IMG/VR virus record: IMGVR_UViG_3300012933_000180
Span: 1-58,867 of that record
Reading direction: 5' to 3' (one strand)
DNA: 58,867 bases
From: a virus
The notes beneath the pieces were generated by a model, which worked only from the letters and a program-made list of their open reading frames with translations, did no database searches and was not told where the DNA came from. The translations under genes were made by a program, and so were the position numbers. Shown here one piece after another: positions 51,707 through 58,867 of the stretch (position 1 is its first letter; each line of letters starts with the position of its first letter).

Positions 51707-53785
51707 TCAAGAGAAATTATCGGTGATCGGCGCGCCGTTTTCAAGTGTCTGTTGGTTGAACACTGGAGAACCTTGCTGACCACCGGGCAACGCGCTTGAC
51801 TGTGGAGCTGGCATGTTGGCCTGCATCATCTGTTGAATCTGCTGGTCGACTCGGAATTTCTCACGAGGCGGCACGATGTCATCAGCGTTCATATCAAGCT
51901 GTTTGGCGTTTTCGCGCAACAGTGTTGCACGGCCTTCGATGCCCATGATGCCCATGTCGATCGGGTTGGCTGTGGCCATCAAGAACTCGTTGCGGCGAAC
52001 CTGTGCAGACTCCTTGGCGATGATGCTGTTAGCACCGCGCGCAACGATCGTCACGTCACCCTTCAACTCTGGGTCTTGGCTGTACTTCATGTTGTAGAAA
52101 TACTGGCGCTCTAGCAACGGAGTCATCACGTTCGTGTCGATGTTAGACACAACTTGCTTCATCGACTTATTCGCGTTGGTCATGAGCATGCTCATGCCGG
52201 ACGCTGTGCGGCCTGCGCCACCTGCTGGGGCGGACCCAGTCATATAGCGAGGAATACCCGAATACTCGTCGGCCAACACCGAAAACTTCTCGTAGACGGC
52301 CATCAACTCTTGCGCGTTCGAGTTCGGCTGGAAGAATCCAATTGGCGCAGCACTCGAGCCCATTGGGTCTGATGTGACTTGGTGAATCTTCCATGGGTAC
52401 AAATTGGTGATGTCTTCGCCTGCTGGCACGCGGTCGACGTTGACGTACATCTGAGGGCCCGACGCGATGCCCATGTTGTTAGCCAGAGCTCGTGCTGAGC
52501 TGTTGACCATGTCTTGGCAGTCCTTGATGAGGTCGTACGTGCTGTTGCCCCAGAACGTGCCGGGGATGTCTTCGTACGATGCCTTGTAGTAAGGCTTCTT
52601 GCCCAAGGGGTGGTAGTTCAGCGAGGCCTTGATGACGTACTGACCGATCAACCAGCATTCGCAGTAATACTGCTTAGCAATGTCTGGTACTTCGGCGTCC
52701 GACATACCCCAGTCGCGCAACACTTGGCCTGACACTGTGCCCCAGAACTGGAGTGCGTCGATCAAGTGTTCGCTGTTGTTCATAACGGCTGTGGTGCTGC
52801 GACCTTCGGCCTGAGCCTTTGTCGAGTCAACGATGAGCCACTCTTGCAAGCCGCCGCGACCGTAGTCTTCCAGCACTTGGCGAATAGCAGCGTCGTCATA
52901 TCCTTCAACGCCGATCAGCTCTTCGAGGTCTGTCTGGCGCAACTTGTGGCGCTCGATCAAGTAACCGTCGTCGATGCCTGTAGACGCAGGCGATGGGTAG
53001 ATCATGAATGGGTCAACGCGTTCCCACTCGAGTACCAAGTCGTCTTCGATGACTAACTGGTAGCCGCCCTGTGCGTTAGGGTTCCACTTCATCGTTGGCT
53101 TGCGGCGAACCACTGGGCCTTTGATGAACGCGCATGGGAATGTCGTGATGTCGTCGATGAACTGGTCCATCGCTTTCATGAAGCCGCCCTCGCAGAGCTG
53201 GTCTTCCATCTTGCCTTCCATCTGGCGAACTTGGAACTTAGCTTCTTCCTGCAAGTTGTACATGTACGACTCGCGCAATTCATTCAAGAACTTACGCAGC
53301 TGCATAGGTGGCAGCGCTTGGCCAGTCACCTCAATCACTTTGGCCAACTGCTGAATCGCATCTTGGCGCATCTCTTCGATGATGTTCGGTGGCAGCGTTG
53401 GCACTGGTGTTGGACGAATCGTCCATGGCTTCTCGCTACCTTGGTTCATCAACACATCACGCAACCAGCTAGCCGCAGCGCGGCATTTGTTACTGGTCAA
53501 CATCATGTAGATTTCAGAGCCGCCGGTCTCACGAATTTTCGTAAGCACGTCTGGATCGTATTCACCGCGACGTGATCGCACCGCTTTAAACATGCGAGAC
53601 TCAACGGTCTGCTCTTTGGCTTTGCGAGCTTCAGTCCAACAGTTGCGTACATAAGACGCAAGGGACTTCACCAACGGTTGGGCCTGCGCCAACTCAGACG
53701 CTCTGCGTTGCTGATCTGCGATACCTTGTGCCGACATGGCTGGCAGGATACCGCCCATACTGATGCCTAGGTTTGGAGGAGTCAT
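51707..53785 (-). CDS. Portal protein (692 aa)
   Basis: Size and position between terminase large subunit and scaffold. No single diagnostic motif read by eye. Confidence 0.75.
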   Translation of the reverse strand: MTPPNLGISMGGILPAMSAQGIADQQRRASELAQAQPLVKSLASYVRNCWTEARKAKEQTVESRMFKAVRSRRGEYDPDVLTKIRETGGSEIYMMLTSNKCRAAASWLRDVLMNQGSEKPWTIRPTPVPTLPPNIIEEMRQDAIQQLAKVIEVTGQALPPMQLRKFLNELRESYMYNLQEEAKFQVRQMEGKMEDQLCEGGFMKAMDQFIDDITTFPCAFIKGPVVRRKPTMKWNPNAQGGYQLVIEDDLVLEWERVDPFMIYPSPASTGIDDGYLIERHKLRQTDLEELIGVEGYDDAAIRQVLEDYGRGGLQEWLIVDSTKAQAEGRSTTAVMNNSEHLIDALQFWGTVSGQVLRDWGMSDAEVPDIAKQYYCECWLIGQYVIKASLNYHPLGKKPYYKASYEDIPGTFWGNSTYDLIKDCQDMVNSSARALANNMGIASGPQMYVNVDRVPAGEDITNLYPWKIHQVTSDPMGSSAAPIGFFQPNSNAQELMAVYEKFSVLADEYSGIPRYMTGSAPAGGAGRTASGMSMLMTNANKSMKQVVSNIDTNVMTPLLERQYFYNMKYSQDPELKGDVTIVARGANSIIAKESAQVRRNEFLMATANPIDMGIMGIEGRATLLRENAKQLDMNADDIVPPREKFRVDQQIQQMMQANMPAPQSSALPGGQQGSPVFNQQTLENGAPITDNFS

Positions 53786-53826
53786 GGGGGCCCAACGTGA
53801 ATATTCATGGGGGTATGTTACCCCTT

Positions 53827-55296
53827 TCAGTAATTGTATGCCACTTTTTTGATCTCGCGCTTACCTTTTTGGAACCCAACGCCACGGATATTCATGTCGA
53901 TCACCGAGTCGGCGTACTGGTTCGCGTCGTGGACGTGGGAAAACTCGTTCTTGTCAGGACGGTCTTCCAGCTCCCCGTTTTTCTTGATTTTGTACCGGTA
54001 GCCGTAGCGGAAGCCTTTGATTAGCTGCTCGCATGACTTGTCAATCAGGTACATCGCTTTACCCTCCAGCTGCTGGTTGAGCAGTCGCTCCACCGCTTGG
54101 ATACGCAACTCGGGGTTGTTCGTCGGCGGGCGCACGCACTTAAAGCCTTCTTGCTTCAAGACGTCCACCAGTGTCATCTCGTTCAACTGCTGCTTGGCAA
54201 AGCCAGCGGGGTCCGGCGCGCACAAGAACACACCACCTGACAGATTATTGGCAATGTACGGATTCAGCCGAGTGCGCACGAATGTCTCGATGCCCATGTT
54301 CTCAGCCGTGAGCTCTCCCAGTGTGATTACTCGACCGCGAGCATCGCGCTGCTTGAACACCGCCGCCGGGGTTCGCCCGAAGTCAATACCGATGACGATC
54401 GGGTAGTTCTCACCCTTGATATATTTCAGCGGCTCAGGCGCAACGTGGAAATCGTATGTGAACGTCTTCTCGTACACCGGGGTGCCAGACAGACTACGGC
54501 CGTACTCCGAGCGTAGATACACACGTAACCAGTCTTCCGTTTTACCGGGGATCAAGTTGGGGTAATACTGCTTGGGCAAGTGATCGTAGTTATCCGCCAG
54601 CGGGTTGACAACCCACTCCTCGCCGTCTTTGTCCAGCAAGATTTCCTCGGCTTCTTCGTTGAACATCTCAACGTACTTGGCAGGCTTGACGATCGCAGCG
54701 GGCTGCAAGTACACCGCCCAGTTACTGGGTGGGTTCTCCATTTTGTCGTGCCACCACGTGTCCTCGTCTGGCATGTTCGTATCGAACAGCGCGCACGAAC
54801 GAGTCGGCCCACCGTCCTTCATCGAGGGGTATCGGTTCAGACGACCAAGCAGACCGTCGACAACTTCCGAATTGAGCTCTCGGGCTTCGTTACCCCAGAT
54901 GAACGTGGTCTCCAGTGACAGCGCCTTACGAACGTCGTCCGGTGTATCCAACGCGATGAACAGCCACTCGGACTCGACCTCTGTGCCGTCAGGCAGTTTC
55001 GCCTTCAGGATGAACGTCTTCTCCACGGCCTTCCAAATACCAGCCTCACCCGGAGGCAACCAATCGAAGACCGTTTTTCTGGTAGTAAGCGCTAACTGAT
55101 CGGCCGTGTTACGAACAATGACCGCCCGGGTTTTTCGAATACCCTTCGCATTTGGCGCTTGTCCGCAGGCTAGGCGTACCAATTCATGTACACACGTCAC
55201 CGATTTACCGCCGCCCACTGGCCCGGCCAGAACTCGTACGTATTGTTGGTCCAGCATGTAGTCACGCTGGGTCGGTGTTGGCTTGTAAACGCTCAT
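53827..55296 (-). CDS. terL: Terminase large subunit (489 aa)
   Basis: Walker A LAGPVGGGKS, Walker B-like TFIWGNEARE, C-terminal nuclease-like half. Upstream of the portal gene. Confidence 0.9.
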   Translation of the reverse strand: MSVYKPTPTQRDYMLDQQYVRVLAGPVGGGKSVTCVHELVRLACGQAPNAKGIRKTRAVIVRNTADQLALTTRKTVFDWLPPGEAGIWKAVEKTFILKAKLPDGTEVESEWLFIALDTPDDVRKALSLETTFIWGNEARELNSEVVDGLLGRLNRYPSMKDGGPTRSCALFDTNMPDEDTWWHDKMENPPSNWAVYLQPAAIVKPAKYVEMFNEEAEEILLDKDGEEWVVNPLADNYDHLPKQYYPNLIPGKTEDWLRVYLRSEYGRSLSGTPVYEKTFTYDFHVAPEPLKYIKGENYPIVIGIDFGRTPAAVFKQRDARGRVITLGELTAENMGIETFVRTRLNPYIANNLSGGVFLCAPDPAGFAKQQLNEMTLVDVLKQEGFKCVRPPTNNPELRIQAVERLLNQQLEGKAMYLIDKSCEQLIKGFRYGYRYKIKKNGELEDRPDKNEFSHVHDANQYADSVIDMNIRGVGFQKGKREIKKVAYNY

Positions 55297-55308
55297 TTTT
55301 AATGCACT

Positions 55309-55827
55309 TTATGATTCATCAGTGATGATTTTGGTAGGCAAATCAAGGGTTTGCATGCGATTTGTATCATTCATATTGGACAAACTGAGGGTGTTTCCAC
55401 CGCCCAAGTCGATCGAAATGCTGAATCCGGGCCCTGAATTGGACTGTTTTTCCTCTTTTGGCTCCAAACCGCCAGCTTTTATGAGGGTTTTCAGCACATC
55501 ATGGCGCTGACTGAGGCTGGCATCGGCACTTGCCGCCTGCACATAGACCTTATCCAACAAATCGGACGCCATCCATGCGGCTTTGGCCTTGAATGTAACG
55601 CCGTTTTTCTCGAATTCGGACCTCAGTACGGCGATGCGCACCTGAATATGGGGTAGTGCCTCGAGCGCCTTGAATTCTTCCACAGTTAACCCGTGGCGTG
55701 CAGCGATCACGACGTCTTCCTCTAACCCCAGTGCCATGGAATTGAGCATTTCCTCCGAGATCAGAGGAAACGATACGGTTTTGTTGCCGTACTCCAGCGG
55801 GTCGTCGGTGATTTCTAGATCATCCAT
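55309..55827 (-). CDS. Terminase small subunit candidate (172 aa)
   Basis: Position immediately upstream of terL and typical size. No motif. Confidence 0.5.
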   Translation of the reverse strand: MDDLEITDDPLEYGNKTVSFPLISEEMLNSMALGLEEDVVIAARHGLTVEEFKALEALPHIQVRIAVLRSEFEKNGVTFKAKAAWMASDLLDKVYVQAASADASLSQRHDVLKTLIKAGGLEPKEEKQSNSGPGFSISIDLGGGNTLSLSNMNDTNRMQTLDLPTKIITDES

Positions 55828-55978
55828 TGGCTTTGGCTTCCTCGGCCTTCTTGACGGCGGCTAAGTATTTTTCAATAGCTGTACGGATGACGTCTGCCAT
55901 GGCAATCTTCTTGCGATCGGCTAGCTTTTTGACATCGTCCATCAGGGCGTCGGGGAGGTATAGGTTTCTGCGTCTCAT
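55820..55978 (-). CDS. Ribbon-helix-helix (CopG/Arc/MetJ-type) DNA-binding protein (52 aa), absent from the ORF track
   Basis: Hand-translated: MRRRNLYLPDALMDDVKKLADRKKIAMADVIRTAIEKYLAAVKKAEEAKANG. Beta-strand RNLYLP followed by two helices. Its stop overlaps the next start (ATGGATGA). Confidence 0.7.
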   Translation of the reverse strand: MRRRNLYLPDALMDDVKKLADRKKIAMADVIRTAIEKYLAAVKKAEEAKANG

Positions 55979-55984
55979 GGGCGC

Positions 55985-56012
55985 AATGTATCACGTGTGT
56001 ATGTAGTGTCAA
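55985..56012 (-). promoter_or_regulatory. Predicted sigma70 promoter TTGACA-N16-TACATT with A-tract UP element
   Basis: Minus strand reads aaaaaaaatcaaaaaaagccTTGACActACATACACACGTgaTACATTgcgcccATG. The -10 ends 6 nt before the RHH start codon. Confidence 0.65.
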
Positions 56013-56488
56013 GGCTTTTTTTGATTTTTTTTACGTGTGTATGTCCTTAAAACTTGGCTTGCTGTGAGAGAACGCCGTAAGGGGAGGGGGCTGGGGTCGA
56101 CCTCGTTGGGCCCATGGGTGGGGTGGCAAAGTGCCCTAGTGTGTAGGGTAGACACAGCGAATCGAGTAGCAGACTGCCCTACATTGTGAAGTGATCGTAC
56201 TTTGCATTTTGCCTACCTTCGGGTAGGACACCGAGTCACATTGCCGCCGTGCGTTGTGCCTTCGCCCCAAGATTTCTTCGTGGGCAAGGCGTGTATCGTC
56301 AAGCGGGTAAACAATGCCACACGGTGCGATCGTTAAAAATTTACATATGCGTTGGATTTCCCCGCATCACCTAACCCACGATTACGTGGCACGGTGTAAA
56401 CGAGCACGGCATGGCACGGCGGGGAGATTTTGTGATGTACCTTGATTCGCAGGGCACATCCTGAAATTAACCTTCAAAGGAAATCAAA

Positions 56489-56890
56489 ATGACAAACGCA
56501 CTCTCAATCATCGAAAACGGCACTTCAATCGTAATCGACAAGCGTGGTAACACGGGTTCATTCGCCTTGGCTATCGCATACGCTTCTCGTGAACAGCGCG
56601 CCGAGTTCGGCCAAATGATGTACGCCAAATGGCTTGGCACGGGTCAATTCCGCCCCTTGGTCAACGATATTCTCGCATCGGGCTTGATCCCCAAAGCCGC
56701 TGTGCCTTACGTGGCCGCAACTGTGCCTGCAACTGGCGCAATCAGCAAAGATACGCTCACATACTTGTGCCAGCAAATCTCTGGTGCTGTGGCCGCCAAG
56801 GGTAAAGAGCTCAAAGGCAAAAAAGCATACGTGTTCGCTGTGGTTGATCGCATCGCTCGTGGTGCAACACCTTCAACTATCGAAGCCTAA
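56489..56890 (+). CDS. First plus-arm protein, hypothetical (133 aa)
   Basis: AAAGGAAA RBS. ORF track. No motif. Confidence 0.65.
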   Translation: MTNALSIIENGTSIVIDKRGNTGSFALAIAYASREQRAEFGQMMYAKWLGTGQFRPLVNDILASGLIPKAAVPYVAATVPATGAISKDTLTYLCQQISGAVAAKGKELKGKKAYVFAVVDRIARGATPSTIEA

Positions 56891-57111
56891 TGCCTAAGGT
56901 TCATTCCGTGCCCAAGGGCACTATGTATGCAATGCCTCCCCTCCGCAAAGGGGAGGTTGATCGCAAAACGCAGGGCGGCTTGCCGCCTGTGCCATACCGC
57001 AACGCTTGCTCAAAGTGGGCTGGGTGTCCAACCAAGTTTGCTCGGGAGCCCTTTGCATCCAAACAAATCAAAGCGGAGGTGTTTGCTGACCGTAAACATA
57101 CACACGTTTGA
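56890..57111 (+). CDS. Doubtful ORF (73 aa)
   Basis: ORF track only. Pro/Lys/Gly-rich and runs into the repeat-rich control DNA. Confidence 0.25.
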   Translation: MPKVHSVPKGTMYAMPPLRKGEVDRKTQGGLPPVPYRNACSKWAGCPTKFAREPFASKQIKAEVFADRKHTHV

Positions 57112-57125
57112 CACCACGAATCGAA

Positions 57126-57463
57126 TAAGACAACGCCAAATTGTCTTGCAGACTGTCTTAATTGAAATATCCATATAAATCAACGACTTACCCTTCCTAT
57201 TAAGACAATAAGACAATAAGACAATATATATAAGGTACACGCCTATGAAAATGTTGTTCGTGTAGCCCATACAAATTGCGCGCAAACATCACGCACACAC
57301 AATAGGCAGCCCCTACCTTTTCGCTCTGTCTTATTCGAGCAGGGTAAACCCTAATATGCCTCGCTAGCCCAATATCCATGCGGGTTTCAAGGCATACACA
57401 CGTAAAAACGATTAAGACAGCGCCCCCAAAACTGTCTTATTACCCCCCGCCTATTGTCTTAAT
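57126..57463. repeat. Array of at least 10 TAAGACA(A/G) 8-mers in both orientations (iteron/operator array)
   Basis: Three perfect tandem TAAGACAA at 57201..57224. Further boxes at 57126, 57141, 57154, 57327, 57412, 57432 and 57454. The region is AT-rich and non-coding. Confidence 0.85.
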
Positions 57464-57499
57464 AGGTACTTTGCAACTACATACACACATGGAGTAAAC

Positions 57500-57643
57500 A
57501 TGACTGACCAAGAACTATCCGAACTCACCCGCCGCTATGTCTATGAGAAGGACGATGCTGTGGCCGAACAACTGAAGGAACAAATCCAAGCCGAATACGC
57601 CCGCCGTGGTGTTGCCATATACAAACCCGAACACATGGAGTAA
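57500..57643 (+). CDS. Small early protein (47 aa)
   Basis: GGAG RBS 6 nt upstream. MTDQELSELTRRYVYEKDDAVAEQLKEQIQAEYARRGVAIYKPEHME. Confidence 0.5.
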   Translation: MTDQELSELTRRYVYEKDDAVAEQLKEQIQAEYARRGVAIYKPEHME

Positions 57644-57646
57644 CTC

Positions 57647-57808
57647 ATGCGCTACATATACATACACACCTTGAACGATCAACCGATAGACTTCTATACC
57701 GATGAAGACTTAGACGAATACATCTGTGAGTACAACGTGGACACATCCGAACACTTGGAAACCTTGGATGATGCAATCAACGCCCGTTACACAAGGATGT
57801 TCGCATGA
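57647..57808 (+). CDS. Small highly acidic early protein (53 aa)
   Basis: MRYIYIHTLNDQPIDFYTDEDLDEYICEYNVDTSEHLETLDDAINARYTRMFA. Confidence 0.5.
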   Translation: MRYIYIHTLNDQPIDFYTDEDLDEYICEYNVDTSEHLETLDDAINARYTRMFA

Positions 57809-57966
57809 CCAAGAATGAATCTGTACTCGTGGCCATATGGTCTTGCATAGCTATCTCGGCAGGCATGGATATGCACGGCTATGTAGCCGATGTCTTACTG
57901 ACCTTAGGCGGTGCAGGCATAGGCGCGGCATTCATGCTCCCAACCCAAAAGGAAAAAGATGACTAA
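57805..57966 (+). CDS. Small membrane protein (53 aa)
   Basis: ATGA coupling. VLVAIWSCIAISAG and LLTLGGAGIGAAFML are hydrophobic stretches. Confidence 0.5.
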   Translation: MTKNESVLVAIWSCIAISAGMDMHGYVADVLLTLGGAGIGAAFMLPTQKEKDD

Positions 57967-58087
57967 GCACACCACAAGGGGTATCCGTTTCAGCCTATAT
58001 CCCGACGATGGATTCGGTAACTGCCAAGTCCGCATCACATACCACCAACTCTTAACGCGCATCGACACCCACTGGGGAGAACTATGA
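57959..58087 (+). CDS. Small early protein (42 aa)
   Basis: Hand-translated: MTKHTTRGIRFSLYPDDGFGNCQVRITYHQLLTRIDTHWGEL. Overlaps both neighbours. Confidence 0.4.
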   Translation: MTKHTTRGIRFSLYPDDGFGNCQVRITYHQLLTRIDTHWGEL

Positions 58088-58368
58088 ACACCACTCACTT
58101 ACCGCAAACACGCACAGCCACCTACCACTGGATGTCAGACCCCGGCCATGCTTGGCTCGCCGTAGATATGGAGGAGCTGGACTTGCTGGGCATAACCAAA
58201 CAGATCAGCCCGTATTCATATCAGCGCAACGACATCGCATACCTTGAAGAAGACTGTGATGCTGGCCTGTTCCTTGAAGCCATGCGAGCTAAGGGCGTAG
58301 CCATACAGTTCCGCACACACCACACAGACCACGACAGCGTGATTCGCTCATACCGGAGATTCCCATGA
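58084..58368 (+). CDS. Hypothetical early protein (94 aa)
   Basis: ORF track. YHWMSDPGHAWLAV...ISPYSYQRNDIAYLEEDCDAGLF looks like a conserved phage family (from memory; function unknown). Confidence 0.6.
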   Translation: MNTTHLPQTRTATYHWMSDPGHAWLAVDMEELDLLGITKQISPYSYQRNDIAYLEEDCDAGLFLEAMRAKGVAIQFRTHHTDHDSVIRSYRRFP

Positions 58369-58490
58369 CAGTCAAACGAAAATCGTGGCCGTTTCCAACC
58401 AAAGACGCGCCGCTTAAACCCACAACGCCTGCACAGGAACGCACGTACCAGCAGGAACAACGAAGCAAACTACCCGAGGCACCCCTATGA
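58365..58490 (+). CDS. Small basic early protein (41 aa)
   Basis: ATGA coupling on both sides. MTVKRKSWPFPTKDAPLKPTTPAQERTYQQEQRSKLPEAPL. Confidence 0.4.
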   Translation: MTVKRKSWPFPTKDAPLKPTTPAQERTYQQEQRSKLPEAPL

Positions 58491-58816
58491 CAGACAAGCA
58501 AGAGCAGGGTGAGCCAAAGAAAAAGTGGAAAGGCCAAATTGACAATGATGAATTCTTTGAATCGTTAGAGCAAGAGCAGGGTGAGCCTGTGGCGCAGTGT
58601 TGTTCAGCAGGAATAGCGCACGATTGCCACGCTGGTGATGGGTGTCGAATTGTTGAACGAATCAAATCCACACCACAACCAGCACAGAAGCCGCTGACGG
58701 ATGAGCAGATTGAGGGAATTGCACAAATGACTTGTATTGGTATTTCGCCACATGAAGACACTTTAAATTTCGCCAGAGCAATCGAAGCCGCCCACGGCAT
58801 AAAGGATAACAAATGA
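58487..58816 (+). CDS. Hypothetical early protein (109 aa); its 3' end is repeated at 1..120
   Basis: ORF track. The C-terminal LTDEQIEGIAQMT...FARAIEAAHGIK motif is common in small phage early proteins. Confidence 0.6.
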   Translation: MTDKQEQGEPKKKWKGQIDNDEFFESLEQEQGEPVAQCCSAGIAHDCHAGDGCRIVERIKSTPQPAQKPLTDEQIEGIAQMTCIGISPHEDTLNFARAIEAAHGIKDNK

Positions 58817-58867
58817 AGCTCGAATGGAACAAGGCTCCAGTAAAAACACAATGGGGGCACGACATGA
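58697..58867. repeat. Terminal direct repeat copy B (identical to 1..171)
   Basis: Same 171 nt as the window start. Reading frames continue seamlessly across the junction. Confidence 0.9.

Noticed and set aside
56045-56488. A tRNA, tmRNA or group I intron in the non-coding stretch and other intergenic gaps
   Set aside because: I saw no cloverleaf with T-loop (GTTCRANYC) or anticodon-arm geometry by eye, and no split genes to suggest introns or inteins. A tRNAscan/Infernal run is still needed to exclude small RNAs formally.
56890-57285. ORF 56890..57111 (+, 73 aa) and ORF 57010..57285 (-, 91 aa) in the control region
   Set aside because: Both have odd composition and no convincing RBS, and the minus ORF runs through the 8-mer array. 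The region behaves as regulatory DNA. The plus ORF is listed only at low confidence.
55820-57500. RHH gene plus repeat arrays as a lysogeny switch or plasmid-partition locus (temperate or phage-plasmid lifestyle)
   Set aside because: I found no integrase, CI/Cro-type repressor pair, ParA/ParB, or plasmid replication initiator anywhere in the genome. The RHH heads the structural operon. It is interpreted as lytic-cycle regulation or origin DNA.

Overview
Complete, circularly closed genome of a virulent tailed dsDNA phage. Unique length is 58,696 bp, and bases 1-171 are identical to 58697-58867. Embedded Rz/Rz1 spanins and lipoproteins point to a Gram-negative host. The virion looks podovirus-like: I saw no tape-measure, tube or sheath genes, there are three consecutive internal/ejection proteins including a 2,053-aa PLxRFG protein, and there are many fibre genes. 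I saw no RNA polymerase, integrase, tRNA, CRISPR array or reverse transcriptase. A ~1.5-kb control region (55,980-57,500) feeds two arms that converge on one hairpin terminator at 19,369-19,399. The plus arm (56,489 -> end -> 1 -> 19,317) carries about 20 tiny early ORFs, a MoxR/CobS-like AAA+ ATPase plus VWA/zincin module, a family-A DNA polymerase, Cas4-like and VRR-NUC nucleases, an SNF2 helicase, an SSB-like protein and a primase-helicase. The minus arm (55,978 -> 19,398) carries an unannotated RHH gene, terminase, portal, scaffold, capsid and adaptors. It also holds a very large block of fibre/receptor-binding genes (three glycine-rich paralogues, an IPT-Ig-LamGx3 fibre, an S74-chaperone fibre), a lysis cassette embedded in the virion module, and the ejection proteins. 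The items most worth a second look are: (1) the MoxR-VWA-zincin module; (2) the control region, with 12-mer and 8-mer repeat families, a leaderless RHH gene and a 440-bp structured non-coding stretch; (3) the giant ejection protein with zincin and HTH-like segments; (4) the over-populated membrane/lysis block. All functional calls come from motifs read by eye; no database search was possible.
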